From NCBI GenBank assembly GCA_010909165.1, contig VJWM01000117.1, positions 884,866 through 948,865 of the forward strand: a DNA stretch of 64,000 bases, in the 5' to 3' direction. The notes beneath the pieces are model-generated. The model saw nothing but the letters and a program-made list of their open reading frames with translations. It was not told the DNA's origin and ran no database searches. Below, in pieces: positions 14,046 to 26,494 of this stretch; the first letter of the stretch is position 1, and every line of letters begins with the position of its first letter. This DNA is from Anthoceros angustus. Taxonomy: Eukaryota > Plantae > Anthocerotophyta. The position numbers were made by a program, and so were the translations under genes.

Positions 14046-15059
14046 CCGCGGTGGGGTAGCTTCTTTGTTTTCACGCTTGGGAGAGGGCCTGTTTGTTGTT
14101 GTGCTGCTAGACAGATTCATTGCAGCCCGCAGTAGAAGAACCATCTGCTGTCGTCACTGCTTCTCCGATTGACTTGCCTTTTTTTGCATGTCCTCTTCAT
14201 GGTTGTGGTGGAGTGAAGCTAGATGTGGCAGGTTCCATGTAGTAGCAACGGCTTCACGGCAGTATCTGCCTCGTCCTGACAACATGCCGGTAGGTCAAGC
14301 ACAAGGTGTCAATGCTAACTGCCCTGGCCATTCCAAGTTATTTCTGCTTTGACCTGTGAAACGCTTGACAAGCAACCTCACTTCAGGTGTGTGAAGATGA
14401 TTAGCACACCCCCTCCCGGTGCACCGGTCTTGAACCAGATTGTGTGCATTCGATGGGAGTGGATGACTTATTTTTTGTCACCAGAGCGGGAGGCTCTGAT
14501 AAGTGTGCGAGAGTGAGTGAGTACATCACAGCTTCGCCTTTCCACTCTTCTGGTTTGGGTGGTGTTTCTAGTGCTGTGGCGTATTAGGCTTGGGTGGAGA
14601 CTGATATCCTGGCCCAGAAGGGACTCTGCAGGTATGGAAGGCATCCACAGACGGCAACTCATTCCATGAGCTGGGCAGGCTTGACGGTCAACTCAGCAGA
14701 GTCAATTCCAAGCTCAGAAAACATTGCAAATGAGTCACGTAGTTATAGTGCATCAATAATGCAAGGTTTTCTGAGCTTTGATTGACTCTGCTTAGTTGTT
14801 GCAATCATGGAGTACTACTGGGTTTGCTGTGTGTTGTTGGACAGAATACTCCACGATGCTTCATTTTTGGCTGCAGTTCTGAGGATGATTTTGTCCTGGG
14901 ATGTCAGGATTCTGAAAGGTGGCCCACTTTCCCATCCGCTTTCTGCATGTGGTGCTGATGATGAAGGTGTCTGGCAGCATGGCGTATGAGGTTTCCTTTC
15001 TTTGCTTTTGATGACCATGGCCTCAAATCTTGCAGGGTGGCTTGTTGTGAGGCTCCTCT

Positions 15060-15968
15060 AGAGCTCGGAAGCTGGACCAAGGTCTGTGAGCAGGGGGCAT
15101 CTGAGGGAGGCAGTTGATGCATTGGACCTGCTGGTGCAACGGGTTTTGTTTGTTCCACCATGTCTCTTCTACAATGTGCTTAACAGGTGCACCGCAAGGA
15201 AGGATTTGGTGCTCGGCAGGCACGTCCATGCACTGTTTCCTAAATGTGGACATGAGTCCAACACATTTCTGGCCAACCACTTCATTCCTCTCATGGGAGG
15301 TTGCAGGAGGCGATGCAGGTGTTTCACAAGCTGGCATGTGGAAGCCGAATGTGTTGGTCTCCAACTGTCTGGTAGGTGTGTATTCAAAATGTGGAAGCCT
15401 ATTTGATGCTCGCCGCGAGTTTGAAAGCTTGCCCACGAGAGATGTGGTGATATGGAATGCAATGATCTCTGGGTACACCCAACATCGGCTTGGTTAGGAA
15501 GCTCTTGTTCTTTATGCCAGCATGCAAGACGCCACTGCCGCCACAAATTTCACTTACTCGTGCCTCCTGAAAGCGTGTGCGAGCGTTGGTGAATTGCAGC
15601 AGGGAAAGCAACTTCACTTCCGAATCCAGGGAAGCAGCCTGAAAGGTGATTTGGTCTCCGGGACTGAAGAGTGCAAATTTGCAGTTCCAAAAGGACGGAG
15701 GCCATGGTCCCACATACAGACCTTGAAAACTTGCTTTGCCATTTGGGCCACCAGACACTGCAGATAGCACACCTTGGCTCGTCACTGAACGAATCTTCGA
15801 ATGTGTGATGGAACCACGATGTCTCGGGTTGAGAAACGTGAGATGATAGTGCGAGATGCACACCATGCTTATGAGCATGTTTATCGCTTTGTCGTGAATT
15901 CACGACCTGGGACCACCACCCTCAATCGGACAATCGTGGAAGGATGCTGCTCTTGTGGCGATGGCCAC
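15060..15968 (+). pseudogene. PLS-class PPR RNA-editing factor relic with a degenerate DYW (KP/DRH-like) tail
   Basis: GHLREAVDALDLL; VSNCLVGVYSKCGSLFDARREFESLPTRDVVIWNAMISGYTQHRLG* (in-frame stop); FTYSCLLKACASVGELQQGKQLH; LVT..NLRMCD..MSRVEKREMIVRDAH..VYRFV..VEGCCSCGDGH. Confidence 0.82.
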
Positions 15969-17615
15969 GAGGCTTGTCTTGCTCCGTTGAACGAGCTGAA
16001 GTGTCTTCTTGTCTTTTCGGGCCCTCCCCTCAAATCTATGCTTCGCGCTTCCGGGGGCTGAATTCAAAGAAAGGAAGAAAAACGGAATTATGCTAATTGG
16101 AACTATTCGACGAGTCGTGTGTCAGCTGGACACGAGACCGTCGCGTCGGTTGTCTCCTTCCCTTTGTGGCAGACAGCGCCACAATGGCCGCAGGAACAAT
16201 GTGAGCACGGAAGCCCGCGGCTCGGTGTGACGAGCGCTGGCCACTCTTCACCTACGCGGCTCTGGCCTGCCACTGCTGGAACGCGCAAGCAGCTCTATCG
16301 TGTTATGTGATTGTTCCTTGCTTTTCCGACAGAGGAGGGAGCGTGTAGCTCACGATTCTCAGCTGTTGCTGCTGCAAGCATCTTGGACAAGCTCAGGAGT
16401 TGTCGGAAGCGCAGGAAATTGGATGTGGCCTGCTCTGCCGGCCTGCTTTGCCAAGAACTTGGTTACGGACAGTTACGGCTGCAGGAGCGGTGTGGTGGAA
16501 TGCTCGGATAGACATTACGCTTCCGGGCTAGGTTTTTGGTTTCCATGTGTTCTCAGTCTTTGAATGTCTGTGCTCCACCCTGTGGCTTCCGCTCTGATGC
16601 CGCATCCGCACCTCACAAGTCATTCAGGAGTTAAACGAGTGCAGTTCTGATTGTCTTTGTGGCCTGTCTGTTCCAAGTGATTCCTCAGGATCTTTGTGGT
16701 GAGAGTTGCGGGGTGTAGCTCAGGGACTGTGGTGTACTGATGGTCAGTGGTCGCGAGCGATTCCAGTGTAGACACTGGTTCTTGTTCTGATTCGGTCAGA
16801 GAGGATTTGTCGTGCGTGCATGTCTAAAATTATGTTTCCTTCGCACCTGGTGAGGTAGGTAGGCCTTGGCTTGGCATTTGAATCGGTTTTTGGTGGCTGG
16901 CTCTTTCGTCCCTAGCAATGGAGCTGAGCGGAATTTCTCGGGCTCAGCTCCCTCGGTGCAGGACTTATGTTATTCCAGCTGGCACTGAAGTAGGGGTACC
17001 TTTTGTCACAAAGCATACAGGAAACATATGCAAAGTCGGCCCTCATAGAAACTCATTTGAAAAACATATATGGGGACCACCAGCACGCGCGAGACGACAA
17101 GGCTCCTCCCGCTTTGTACGTATTCTTCTGCCTTCAAACGTTCAAGGATTCAGAGTTACGCTTCTATAATGTCCGAGTCCTTGTCACTTATTTGTGGTCA
17201 CAACGATAGTATTTGGGTTATAGATCCATCGTCGAGCTGATTATGAAGTTCTGGGAGCATATTGAAGTTGTTTGCTCACGCTGACTCCATCTTTATTCAG
17301 AAAACTTACAACAGAACCGGGTTCAGACCCATGAGCCTTGATCAAGAATGACAGATGGGACAGAAGGAGCTCTCGAGCACTCTGAGGTGGTTCTGCAAAA
17401 GCACAGGGGCTTAGCCGCTGACTGATGTCCGTTGCACACATTACTTCATGCTAGGAATCTGAATCACTTGTCGACTCACTGGTCCATCTAACCTAAGCAT
17501 GTTAATTTTACCCATTTGCTCTTCACATCTGTCTACTGAATTTGAAGAGTCATGTTCACCATGGAGTAGTAGGAGGTGAGTCGTTTCGATACTTGATCCC
17601 ATCTTCTAACACAGT

Positions 17616-19563
17616 GTGTTGATAATACAGGTCTGTGAAGCCATTCCAGTGCAAAAAGCGCCCAAGGCAGTAACGGTAACTTTTCCTTTGGAGGCTGTGC
17701 CAACAATTTCAGGTTACCTTCCTGTTAGCGACTCCAGCAGGTCCCAACTTTTCTACGTTTTCTATGAAGCAACAGATCCTCGGACCTCTCTTGTGGATGC
17801 CCCTCTCCTGCTCTGGCTTAATGGAGGCCCTGGGTGTTCAAGCCTTATTGGTTGCTTCTATGAACTTGGGCCATGGCGGTTTAGTAGAACCGGAAGTTTG
17901 CACCACAATGAATGGGCCTGGAATAACAGGTGTGTCTGGCTGTCAGACCGTTTTTTCGTTGTCGCCTGCTCGTTCTTCTACAACTTCATGGCTGATATGC
18001 TGGTCAAGTGGTTGCTTACTGACTGCTCCATCACATTTGCAAGCGTTGCAGGTATGGAGTGCTATTTGTCGACAGTCCTGTTGGGACAGGTTTCAGCATT
18101 GCATCTTCTGATGATGATGTCCCAAAGGATCAGCATACTGTAGCAGCCCATCTCCACCATGCGCTGTCTTCCTTTATCGCTGAAAATCCTTCATTTGAGC
18201 TGAGACCCCTTTTTTGGCCGGAGAAAGCTATGCCGGGAAGTATGTCCCGTCTCTTGCTCATTATCTGATAAACCATCCACAGCCTAAGAATCGGCACAAT
18301 GTTGGCGCCCAACTTATGGGAATAGTTGTTGGAAATGGGTTGACGCATCCACGGAGTCAGGTGATTTTGATGTCCTCTCTCCTTCTATTAAGTAGCCCTC
18401 TGAATGGCCGTCTTCACTTCTCTGTCACCCTAGTGGCAGTGTTCACGTCTATGATTCGGATTGCAGGTACAATCCCATTCAGATGTTGCTTACTGTTTCG
18501 GTCTACTTGATCAGCCACAAAAAGCACAATGCCAAAGTATGGCTGAAGAGGTTGTAGCCCTAATTGACAGGTAGATAAATCTTTCCATGGCTCTTCACGT
18601 CAAGCTCTGCGTGAATGTTGGGAACCCGCACATAAACTCCTGTTGAGCACGTGCCTGTTTCACCTTTTCCAGGGAGAGTGGCTGAAAGCCCATGAAGCCC
18701 GAACTGCACTCGTTCAGTGGATAGAGGAAACAAGTGGGATAGCAACACTACTGGATGTCCGTCGGCTAACAAAATACCATCATTTGGAGGTAAGTTTGAT
18801 ATCCAGCAATATGCTGTTCTACCCAGTTGTCAAGGCAGGTGAAGTTTTGTTGAATATTGTTTACTGTTTTGGCCCTTATCACAGGATGGCAGCGAGTACT
18901 TGGCGAAATTTCTTAATGAAGCCAACGTGAAGACCCTTTTGAAAGCTGATCCTGCAGTAACGTGGGTCAGCTGTAAACAATCCATTCGTAGCTTGATGGC
19001 TGAGGTTAGTCTTCCTGTCATGCGATCTGTCTGGGCGGTGCATTTTTGATGGGTGTGTACTCACATCAGACACCTACCTTTGCAGGATACCATGAAATCT
19101 ACCAAACAGCTAGTGGAAGACATTTTGGAAGCAGGGTATCCTGTTTTGTTATTTCAGGGACAGTATGATGCCAAAGATGGTCCATGTGGGTCCGAAGCAT
19201 GGATGAGGATGCTTAATTGGCAGCATGGTGAACGGTTTTGGGCACAAACAAGAGAAATCTGGAGGGTGAATGGGGCACATGCCGGTTACTGGAGGCAGAA
19301 CCAGAACCTCACACATGTTGTCTTTAGAGGGGCCGGACATCAGGTATAAAGGCGCTCCACTCATCGTACGCATTGCAGACTTTTGTGACTCTATGCCAGA
19401 TGTTTAGGATACTCAGCATGGAAATGTCCCTAGTGTCACAGTCGGCTTGCCTCGTTCTTCGTGACCGCAGGTTCCACACGACCAGCCGCAGTCATCCCTG
19501 GTTATGATTGAGACGTGGGTTGATCAGCAACTAAAAGCCAAACAGAGGCGTGCTTTACTGTGA
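17616..19563 (+). CDS. Serine carboxypeptidase-like protein (S10, SCPL50-like); true start uncertain
   Basis: SGYLPV, LFYVFYEA, PLLLWLNGGPGCSS, LFVDSPVGTGFS, catalytic AGESYAGKYVP, GNGLTHP, LLFQGQYDAKDG, HVVFRGAGHQ|VPHDQP, stop 19561-19563. One-base shift in a T homopolymer at about 18210. Confidence 0.9.
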
Positions 19564-19910
19564 AAGAGGGTCTTGCTCGATGGACCCAATTTGGTGAGAC
19601 ACAACTCCAGTTTGTCCCCAAGTAGTCTGGAGCAGAAGTTGTGCATCTATTCTTGGGGTTAGAGATGGCGTTTGAGTTCATCTCAATTTCGAACTCTGCC
19701 ATCATAATTAAAGACAAACCCAAACTAAGTAAAGTCATCAGCTTAAACTACAGCAAAGCTTTCATTTCAGCCCGCAACAAAGCTTGCCCCCAAAAGACTG
19801 TCCAATTGCTCGGCAAAAAGAAAAACTATCAATGGCACAGGCGACCAGGTCCATCAAGAAGTTCAGTCACGAACCAGGACACGGGTGAAACAGCTGTCGT
19901 TACTCCAGGG

Positions 19911-21853
19911 TTAGTGCTTAAACGACTGCTGCGAAGAATGCTTCACAAACCACTCTCCAAAAGGTGACGGTCTGCGGAGAAGAGCTCGTCGGCAAGACGC
20001 GTAGAGTTGAGCGGAATCCTGTCATGACAATCACGTTCACTGAGTGAGGGAGCTGGAGAGAAGCACAATGTGAAGTGCGGGTGAACCTAGTTGTGTATTC
20101 AAATGCAACCTTCATCTCCTGGTAGGCAGAATCACAGAAGTCTGTACGAGACAAGAAGTGCGGCATGAGCGAAAGGAAACAGGAAAGAAGCTGTCTCCTG
20201 CACAGTAAGCAGCGTGTGAGTTCAGTGTTCATAACAACTCCAGCAGCCCTTGTGACAAAAGTTGCATCCACTTCACCGGCATTCCATGAGCCACAGTGAG
20301 GAGAGTTTACTTGCAAATCTTCGATTGAGTAGCAGGAGAAAGTGCACCCTTGGACGATGTTCCTTGCTTCCGCCCGGTAGTTCCCAGGATCACATCATGC
20401 AAACCTGCCTTGTTCCAACTTATGGAGTACCTGAACCAAGCAACCCAGCCAGCAAGCAAGCGATATGACATGAATAAAACATCGCCCGTCAAGAAGTACA
20501 GGTACAACAGCACAATCCAAGGTTGTGTGCGACTAGACCCGACCCGCAGGTTGGAACCAAGCAGTTACCGACAGGCTGCCGGAACTCGCTGGGAGCCAGG
20601 GGGGCCTTGAAGGTAGCCGGCTGAATCAGCTTGAAAGGAGCAAGAAAGGTGTCGGCAAAAGGAACAAGACGGCCATGAACAGCTCGCTTCAATGCTTCCA
20701 ACGCAAGCCGGCTACACTCGGAGTCCGGACCGTGCAGACCATTGCCAGAGCACCCATCCACAGCCACTGATATGGACGAAAGATATATAGGCTCCGCGAC
20801 GAAGTGCATGAGAAGAGCTCCTGTCCACACCAATTCCAAGCTCTTTGCTTCACAGAGCATTTCAAACACCAGACGAACCACCACAGCACACAGAACAGCA
20901 CCAAACCCCGACGCAAACGGATCGCAAAATCAAAGCTCCAACCTTGCAGGCCAAGCACATTCCAGCGCGCAATCTTATCACTGCAGCTCATGCACAGAGT
21001 GGTCTCTCCACGCCCCGGCTTCCTGCGCACCACTCCCGTCTCCTGACACGCAGATGTCGACGCTGCACCATAGCCGAGGCATCCACAGCAGGGAAATATG
21101 CAAGCATCCCCGCACGGCAACTGGCTGATGTAGAGATGGAACCGCAGTCCTCGCCGCAGCCTACACCCGCTCCTCTGCCCTTGCTCCGCAGTCTCCACAA
21201 GCTCGAAAATGGATCCGCCATCGCCGTCACACAAGCGCTCGATCTCCGAATAGAAATACCTGCCGCCGCACCAGCAACGAATTTAGACTCCCGCCTCCTG
21301 TCCCTCCTCCTCCTCCAGCTTCCTGCTTCACGACCCGACCGCAGCATCAGCGAAGATCAAGAGAAGAAAATTCCCACCGGAGCAGAGCCCGGCGGGCTAT
21401 CACTTCCGCGTGCGAGTCGTGAACCACGTCTCCAAGCTCGCTCAGACGCGACCACCCGAGGCACTTGGTTCCGGTTCCCAGAGTCACCACCTCCACCGAG
21501 CCTGAGTCGTGCGGGTCGCGGTTTGAGACGTGGTTGGAGACGCTGTTGGAGTCCAGGTTGGAGACGCTTGATGAGTCGTGGGAGTCGCGGTTGGAGACGT
21601 GGTTGGAGACGTCGTTGCCCTCTCTAGACCTCTGCTCAGTCGTTGGCTTGGCGGAGACGCTGTTGGCGACGCTGGTGGAGACGCTGCGGGGGGACCCGGG
21701 GTTGGAGACGCTCGAGTCGTGGGAGTCGCGGGACAGAAGGAAGGCGGCCAGGACGGTGATCTCCTTGCCCTGCGGTTTGCCCTTGTTCGGCAGGGATCGG
21801 TATCGCTCGAGCGCGAGGCGAGCCACAGTGGTGCCCCAGAGCTCTGCGGCCAT
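19911..21853 (-). CDS. TAD1: tRNA-specific adenosine deaminase 1 (A37 of tRNA-Ala; ADAT1/TAD1)
   Basis: [53 protein letters not shown]|[43 protein letters not shown]|[17 protein letters not shown]; last exon ..[16 protein letters not shown]. Confidence 0.95.
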
Positions 21854-22561
21854 GGCGGCTGCCTCGGCGGCTGCTGTCGCGTTTATTCTCCTGCTCCTGC
21901 TGGCTTCCGGTGCGGATTGCGCGGCATCCAGGCAGCAGCAGCAGCAGCAAGACGGGGCGGCTACCTGGTTGAGGGCCGGGTGCGGGTGGAGGCCTTAGCC
22001 GACAAGGTAGCGGCTTCCGTCAAGCTTCTGCTGAACGGGGGCCAACGGGTGACATTTCTGCAGCCAGACGGCTACTTCGCCTTCCATGGCGTGCCTCCGG
22101 GAACCCATCTCCTGGAGGTTGCGGCGCCGGGATACTCCTTTGCCCCGGTGCGGCTGGATGTGAGCGAGAGGCTTCGGGGAGATGTGCATGCCATCTACAC
22201 CGAGACTCGGCGGATCCTGCCGGACCCTCTGCTGCTGGATCCGGCTCAGGTGGAGCAGTACTACGAGAAGCGGGAGCCGTTTTCTGTGCTGGGTCTGCTC
22301 AAGAGCCCCATGGGGCTCATGGTTGGCTTCATGGGTTTGGCAGTGTTCGTTTTGCCTAAGCTTATGGACAGCGTGGGTGGGTATTGCTTAGCTTTCGATG
22401 GTGTCTGGATCGGGTGCATGCCACAAACCCTAGTCACGGATCTCACTCTCGCTTGTTTCGTTGTGTGATCAGATCCAGAGGAGATGAAGAGAGTACAGGA
22501 GGAGTTGCGGAACAGGCCGGCCCCATCCTTTAGCAACCTTCTACAAGGACGAAGCTCTTGA
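21852..22561 (+). CDS. EMC7: ER membrane protein complex subunit 7 (DUF2012), 2 exons
   Basis: Signal peptide [24 protein letters not shown] and a Q6 tract; after a 1-nt shift in a G run (about 21955) it continues GYLVEGRV..LLLNGG..TFLQPDGYFAFHGVPPGTHLLEV..YYEKREPFSVLGLLKSPMGLMVGF..PKLMDSV|DPEEMKRVQEE..*. Confidence 0.92.
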
Positions 22562-23390
22562 CACATGACAAGACCCACCTGTGTTGCTCACCCCTGTGTT
22601 TGTGCAAGGGAAGGGATGGTTTGAGGCATCCAGTACTTTGTATGAATTGTGGGATTGGATCCCCCACATCCACATCGGGTTTCGACGAATTCTTTTCCTG
22701 GAATTTCTCGTCTCCAGGATACTGTGGTATGTTTGATACAGGCTTTGTTCGTGACGACGTGCCAACCCTGGGGACATCGTGGCATCACAGGCCAGAGTAT
22801 GTAGGCTCGACGGGCTGCAGTGCTTACATTCGTAAATTGTTATCTGTATCAGCATTGCAGCTACAGTACAAACGATGTTGGACTGGACATGATAATATGT
22901 ACTGTTCACTACATGGAATGAACCTGTCCACACAGAAGTGTTTACAAAAGTTGTTCATCCTTGAATGAGGCGCATCCCTCCGAAAAAGAAGTTTTGGAGG
23001 CTTTCCTTGTCTACTCCCAGAGATACCCTTCAGCCAGTTATTACCCGGTCAGACTCTGCTGGCAGCGATTCCTTCCCAATGAGGGGCGGAACTCAAGCCA
23101 CGAGGCCTTTTTCGACTGCCTGGGACAGGTTCATATGAAACCAGTACATATTTAATGAGTGGACTGTTTGCGTACGCCACCACCAGCTGGTCATGGGCTG
23201 CCAGGATTCCTTTCCTTAATCACAGTGATTATGGGTCTGTAATTGGGATGCACACAACGTGCGAGTCTTCACGCAATTATTGGTAGAGTCAAGTGGGCTC
23301 GTCTTGTGGGGAAGATGTGATACATATTCCAGCATTCCAAATCGTTTTGTTCCTTTCTCTCAGTTCTCCAGCGGAGTGGAGATTCTGGCG

Positions 23391-26300
23391 ATGGCGGATT
23401 TGGAGCAGCCCCTGCTGCGTACCAAAAAGGTGTTCCCCGACTGCCCTGGATGCAAAGTTGCCCAGCGAGTAGCCGCCAGTAAATCTCCTCCGTATTCGCA
23501 GCTGCTCTTTGTGGCCCTCATCATCTTCTGCAATGGTGAGCACCTCTGTCCGCAGAATGTGTGGGATCTGGCAATCGATGCCAGCAGCTGTGAAGCTCAT
23601 GCTGATCCGTGCCGATATCGTGCTTTACTGCAGCAATGCCCACTACCTCCCTGTTCCCTTATGTCTACTTCATGGTACAGTTTCCTACCGCCCACTTGGA
23701 GCAAGTCTTGCACATTGCTGTCAGTGTTTCATGATTGAGTTGATGCAGGTCAAGGATTTCAACGTCGCTGGAAGAGACGAAGATATTGGTATCTACGCTG
23801 GATTGTTAGGTATGCCGTCCCAGTCCATTGGCTCCGAGCTGCTGCCAGCCCTTTCCTGTTCTGTGCTGTGCTGCGCTTTGCTGAGAATGCAATGCTGGGT
23901 GGCCTCCAGGCTCGTCATTCATGTTCGGGAGGTTCTTGAGCTCCTGGCAGTGGGGCATTTGGTCTGACAAATATGGCAGGAGGCCCATCATCCTCATAGG
24001 TCTCGCTTCCATGTGAGTGCAGCAGTCCAGCTGTATTCCTTAATGCCTTGCGGATTTCCACCAGGAAGGAATATAACCGACGGCAAATGCTGGTGCAGAG
24101 CTATTTTTAACTTGCTGTTTGGAGCAAGCTCCAATTACTGGATGGCCCTCACCTGCCGCCTGCTACTCGGTCTCCTCAATGGCTCGTTTGGGCCCGCGAA
24201 GGTGGGAGAATCTGATGAACCGGTTGCTTCGACTTTTGCACATTGACTTATATCAGAAGGCATTTCAACGGAAGGTGCTTATTGCGCAGGTCTTCGCATC
24301 GGAGGTTTGCAATGATCAGCAGCAAGCCCTCAGTGTGTCAGTTGTGAGTAATCCAACCCAGTTCTTCGTCTGCTGGTTTTGCGTGTTTCCGTCCAGAAGT
24401 TATAGTGTTCATGGCTGCCGAGCTGATCCCGTCAGATAAGAGACCGTCCGTCCTTACTTGCGTGACTGTGCAGGTAGGTACGTCATGGGGCCTAGGCTTA
24501 ATCGTTGGCCCTGCGATTGGGGGATATCTCGCACGGGTGAGCTAGGCTGCTGGGTTGTCGAAGGTTGCTGCACACTCCCGTCTCTGGTCGTCATTCCGCC
24601 CATTTGTTTGTAAGACATCTCGTATGGGACGCTTGTGCAGCCATCTTTGAGCTATCCTGACCTGTTCCCTCCCGGCTCCTTCTTCGATCGGTAAGTCACA
24701 CTGATCCAAGACCTGCCAGCGAGCTTTGCCAGGGAATGGAGCTCACCACGGTCTGTTGTGCAGTGCAGCTACCCATATCTGCTGCCCTCTATTGTCGCCG
24801 CTGTTACTGCTACCGTGGGAGCCATCATAACAACTCAGCTTCCAGTTACGTTGTCCTCCAGACTCAGTACCGTCTTCCAGACTAGAATGCAGATTGATGC
24901 TAGTTGTTTCTGAAGTGATTAAACTGTGCAGGAGACCCTCCATTTCCATGAAGATGCACCCAAGCTTGCCGTTACCTACGATGATGTAGGAAAGACGGAA
25001 GCCGCAGGGTTCAATGACGAGGACATTGTCCCGGTTTCAGACGCCCAAATCGTGGAACATTCACCACCTAAGGTGAAGAAATCGGCATGGGCTTTGTTCA
25101 AGAACTACCCATTGCTGGCTTCGATTTATGTCTTCTCCATATGGGCGCTGTTCGAGGTTTCCTTCACAGAAGTAGGTCAATTCCACTCCCGCCTTGCCAC
25201 ATTGTCTGCCTGCTGTGGACTTGGCAAGCTTGGCATTAAAGTACCTTGCTCTTCAGTGTTTTTCTTTCTGGGCACTGAGTCCAAAAAATATTGGAGGGCT
25301 GGGTTTTACATCCGTTCAAGTTGGAAACATTTTAACCGTCTCAGGTACAGCCACCTACCTGCTGCTGTTTCTGTTTTTCAACTATGCTTGGTCTATATCT
25401 GAAGCCACTGTTCGATCCGCGTGTGCTAGGTTTTGGGTTGCTGTTTTGGCAGCTTTTTGTCTTCCCTCCTGTAACCAATTACCTTGGACCCAGTAAAGTC
25501 ATTCGATTATCTGCTGTAAGACTCCTTGTTGTCAGGTTGCTGTTCTTCTGCTGTAAACTGTGGCATGTTAGTTTCTGGCTTGTTTGTGGCATCTCATCTA
25601 ACATTGCCACGGTCTACATTTGTTTTCTGCTGTTGAAATCCGCTGCTTGTAACATTGCTCAATGGATGCAGCTTCTAGCATTGCCCACGATGGTTTTATT
25701 TCCGCTGGCAGGCCAACTGGTGGGCGTCCCTACGTTCCTACTCATTCTTTTGATATCACTGTACAAGAATATCGCATCGGTGAGGACCCTCATTTACAGC
25801 AGAGTGTCCATTCCTAGCAGCAAAGTTGTCATTTGGAACCGAGCATCTGAGGCTGTGTCATCGCTTTCCTCGCTTCTGTGATAGACTTCAACCATGGACG
25901 GAGCATTTCTACTCGTCAACAATGCTGTGGTAACTGATCTCGATCTGACCAATCTGGTGCATGCCGTGCAGCTTCTCTAGCGCTTGCATCCTGAACCCAT
26001 GCCATGTGGCTTTTCCTATGATCAGAAACCGAGTGAAAGAGGTGCAGCAAACGGTCTAGCAGTCAGTACGATGGCTTTGACGACTACCATCGCTCCAGAG
26101 ACTGGAGGGCTACTGTACGTGGTTCTTGATCACAGGCTTGTGACAGAATTTTATGGAAGCATGTACTTGGGTCGTAATTTAGTGATCTCGTGTCGTCTTG
26201 GCGCAGGTTCTCTTGGGCTCTGAGTCGAAATTCTGATTTCCTCCCTGGTACAGTGAAGACTTCATTACCCTTAAGCTTCCCAGTCTATCATGAATTTGTT

Positions 26301-26494
26301 TTCGGGGCCAGCATGATATCATTTTTACAGTGATGATCATCTGTCATGGCTGTGCAGGACCTTCTCTCGTCTTTTTTGTCTTGGGACTCGTGATCTTCAC
26401 CGTTGTCCTCTGGACATGGTCTCCCTTCTGGCCTCTTAGTTTGGACAAAGGGAAGCACGAGGATGACGATGAAAATGAAGGTCCACTTTCTTAG
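23391..26494 (+). CDS. ZIFL: Zinc-induced facilitator-like MFS transporter, many short exons
   Basis: MADLEQPLL..DCPGCKV, SLFPYVYFM|VKDFNVAGRDEDIGIYAGLL, DKYGRRPII, LLFGASSNYWMALTCRLLLGLLNG, GLIVGPAIGGYLAR, YPDLFPPGSFFDR, KPSERGAANGLAVSTM; ends ..WSPFWPLSLDKGKHEDDDENEGPLS*. Confidence 0.93.

Noticed and set aside
13440-14172. Several long overlapping ORFs on both strands
   Set aside because: By-product of GC-rich low-complexity repeats; the translations are G/P/R-rich with no domain.
21578-21851. ORF-track GTG start giving a 296-aa EMC7
   Set aside because: It is the antisense of the TAD1 repeat region. The signal peptide starts at ATG 21852 in another frame and is joined by a one-base homopolymer correction.
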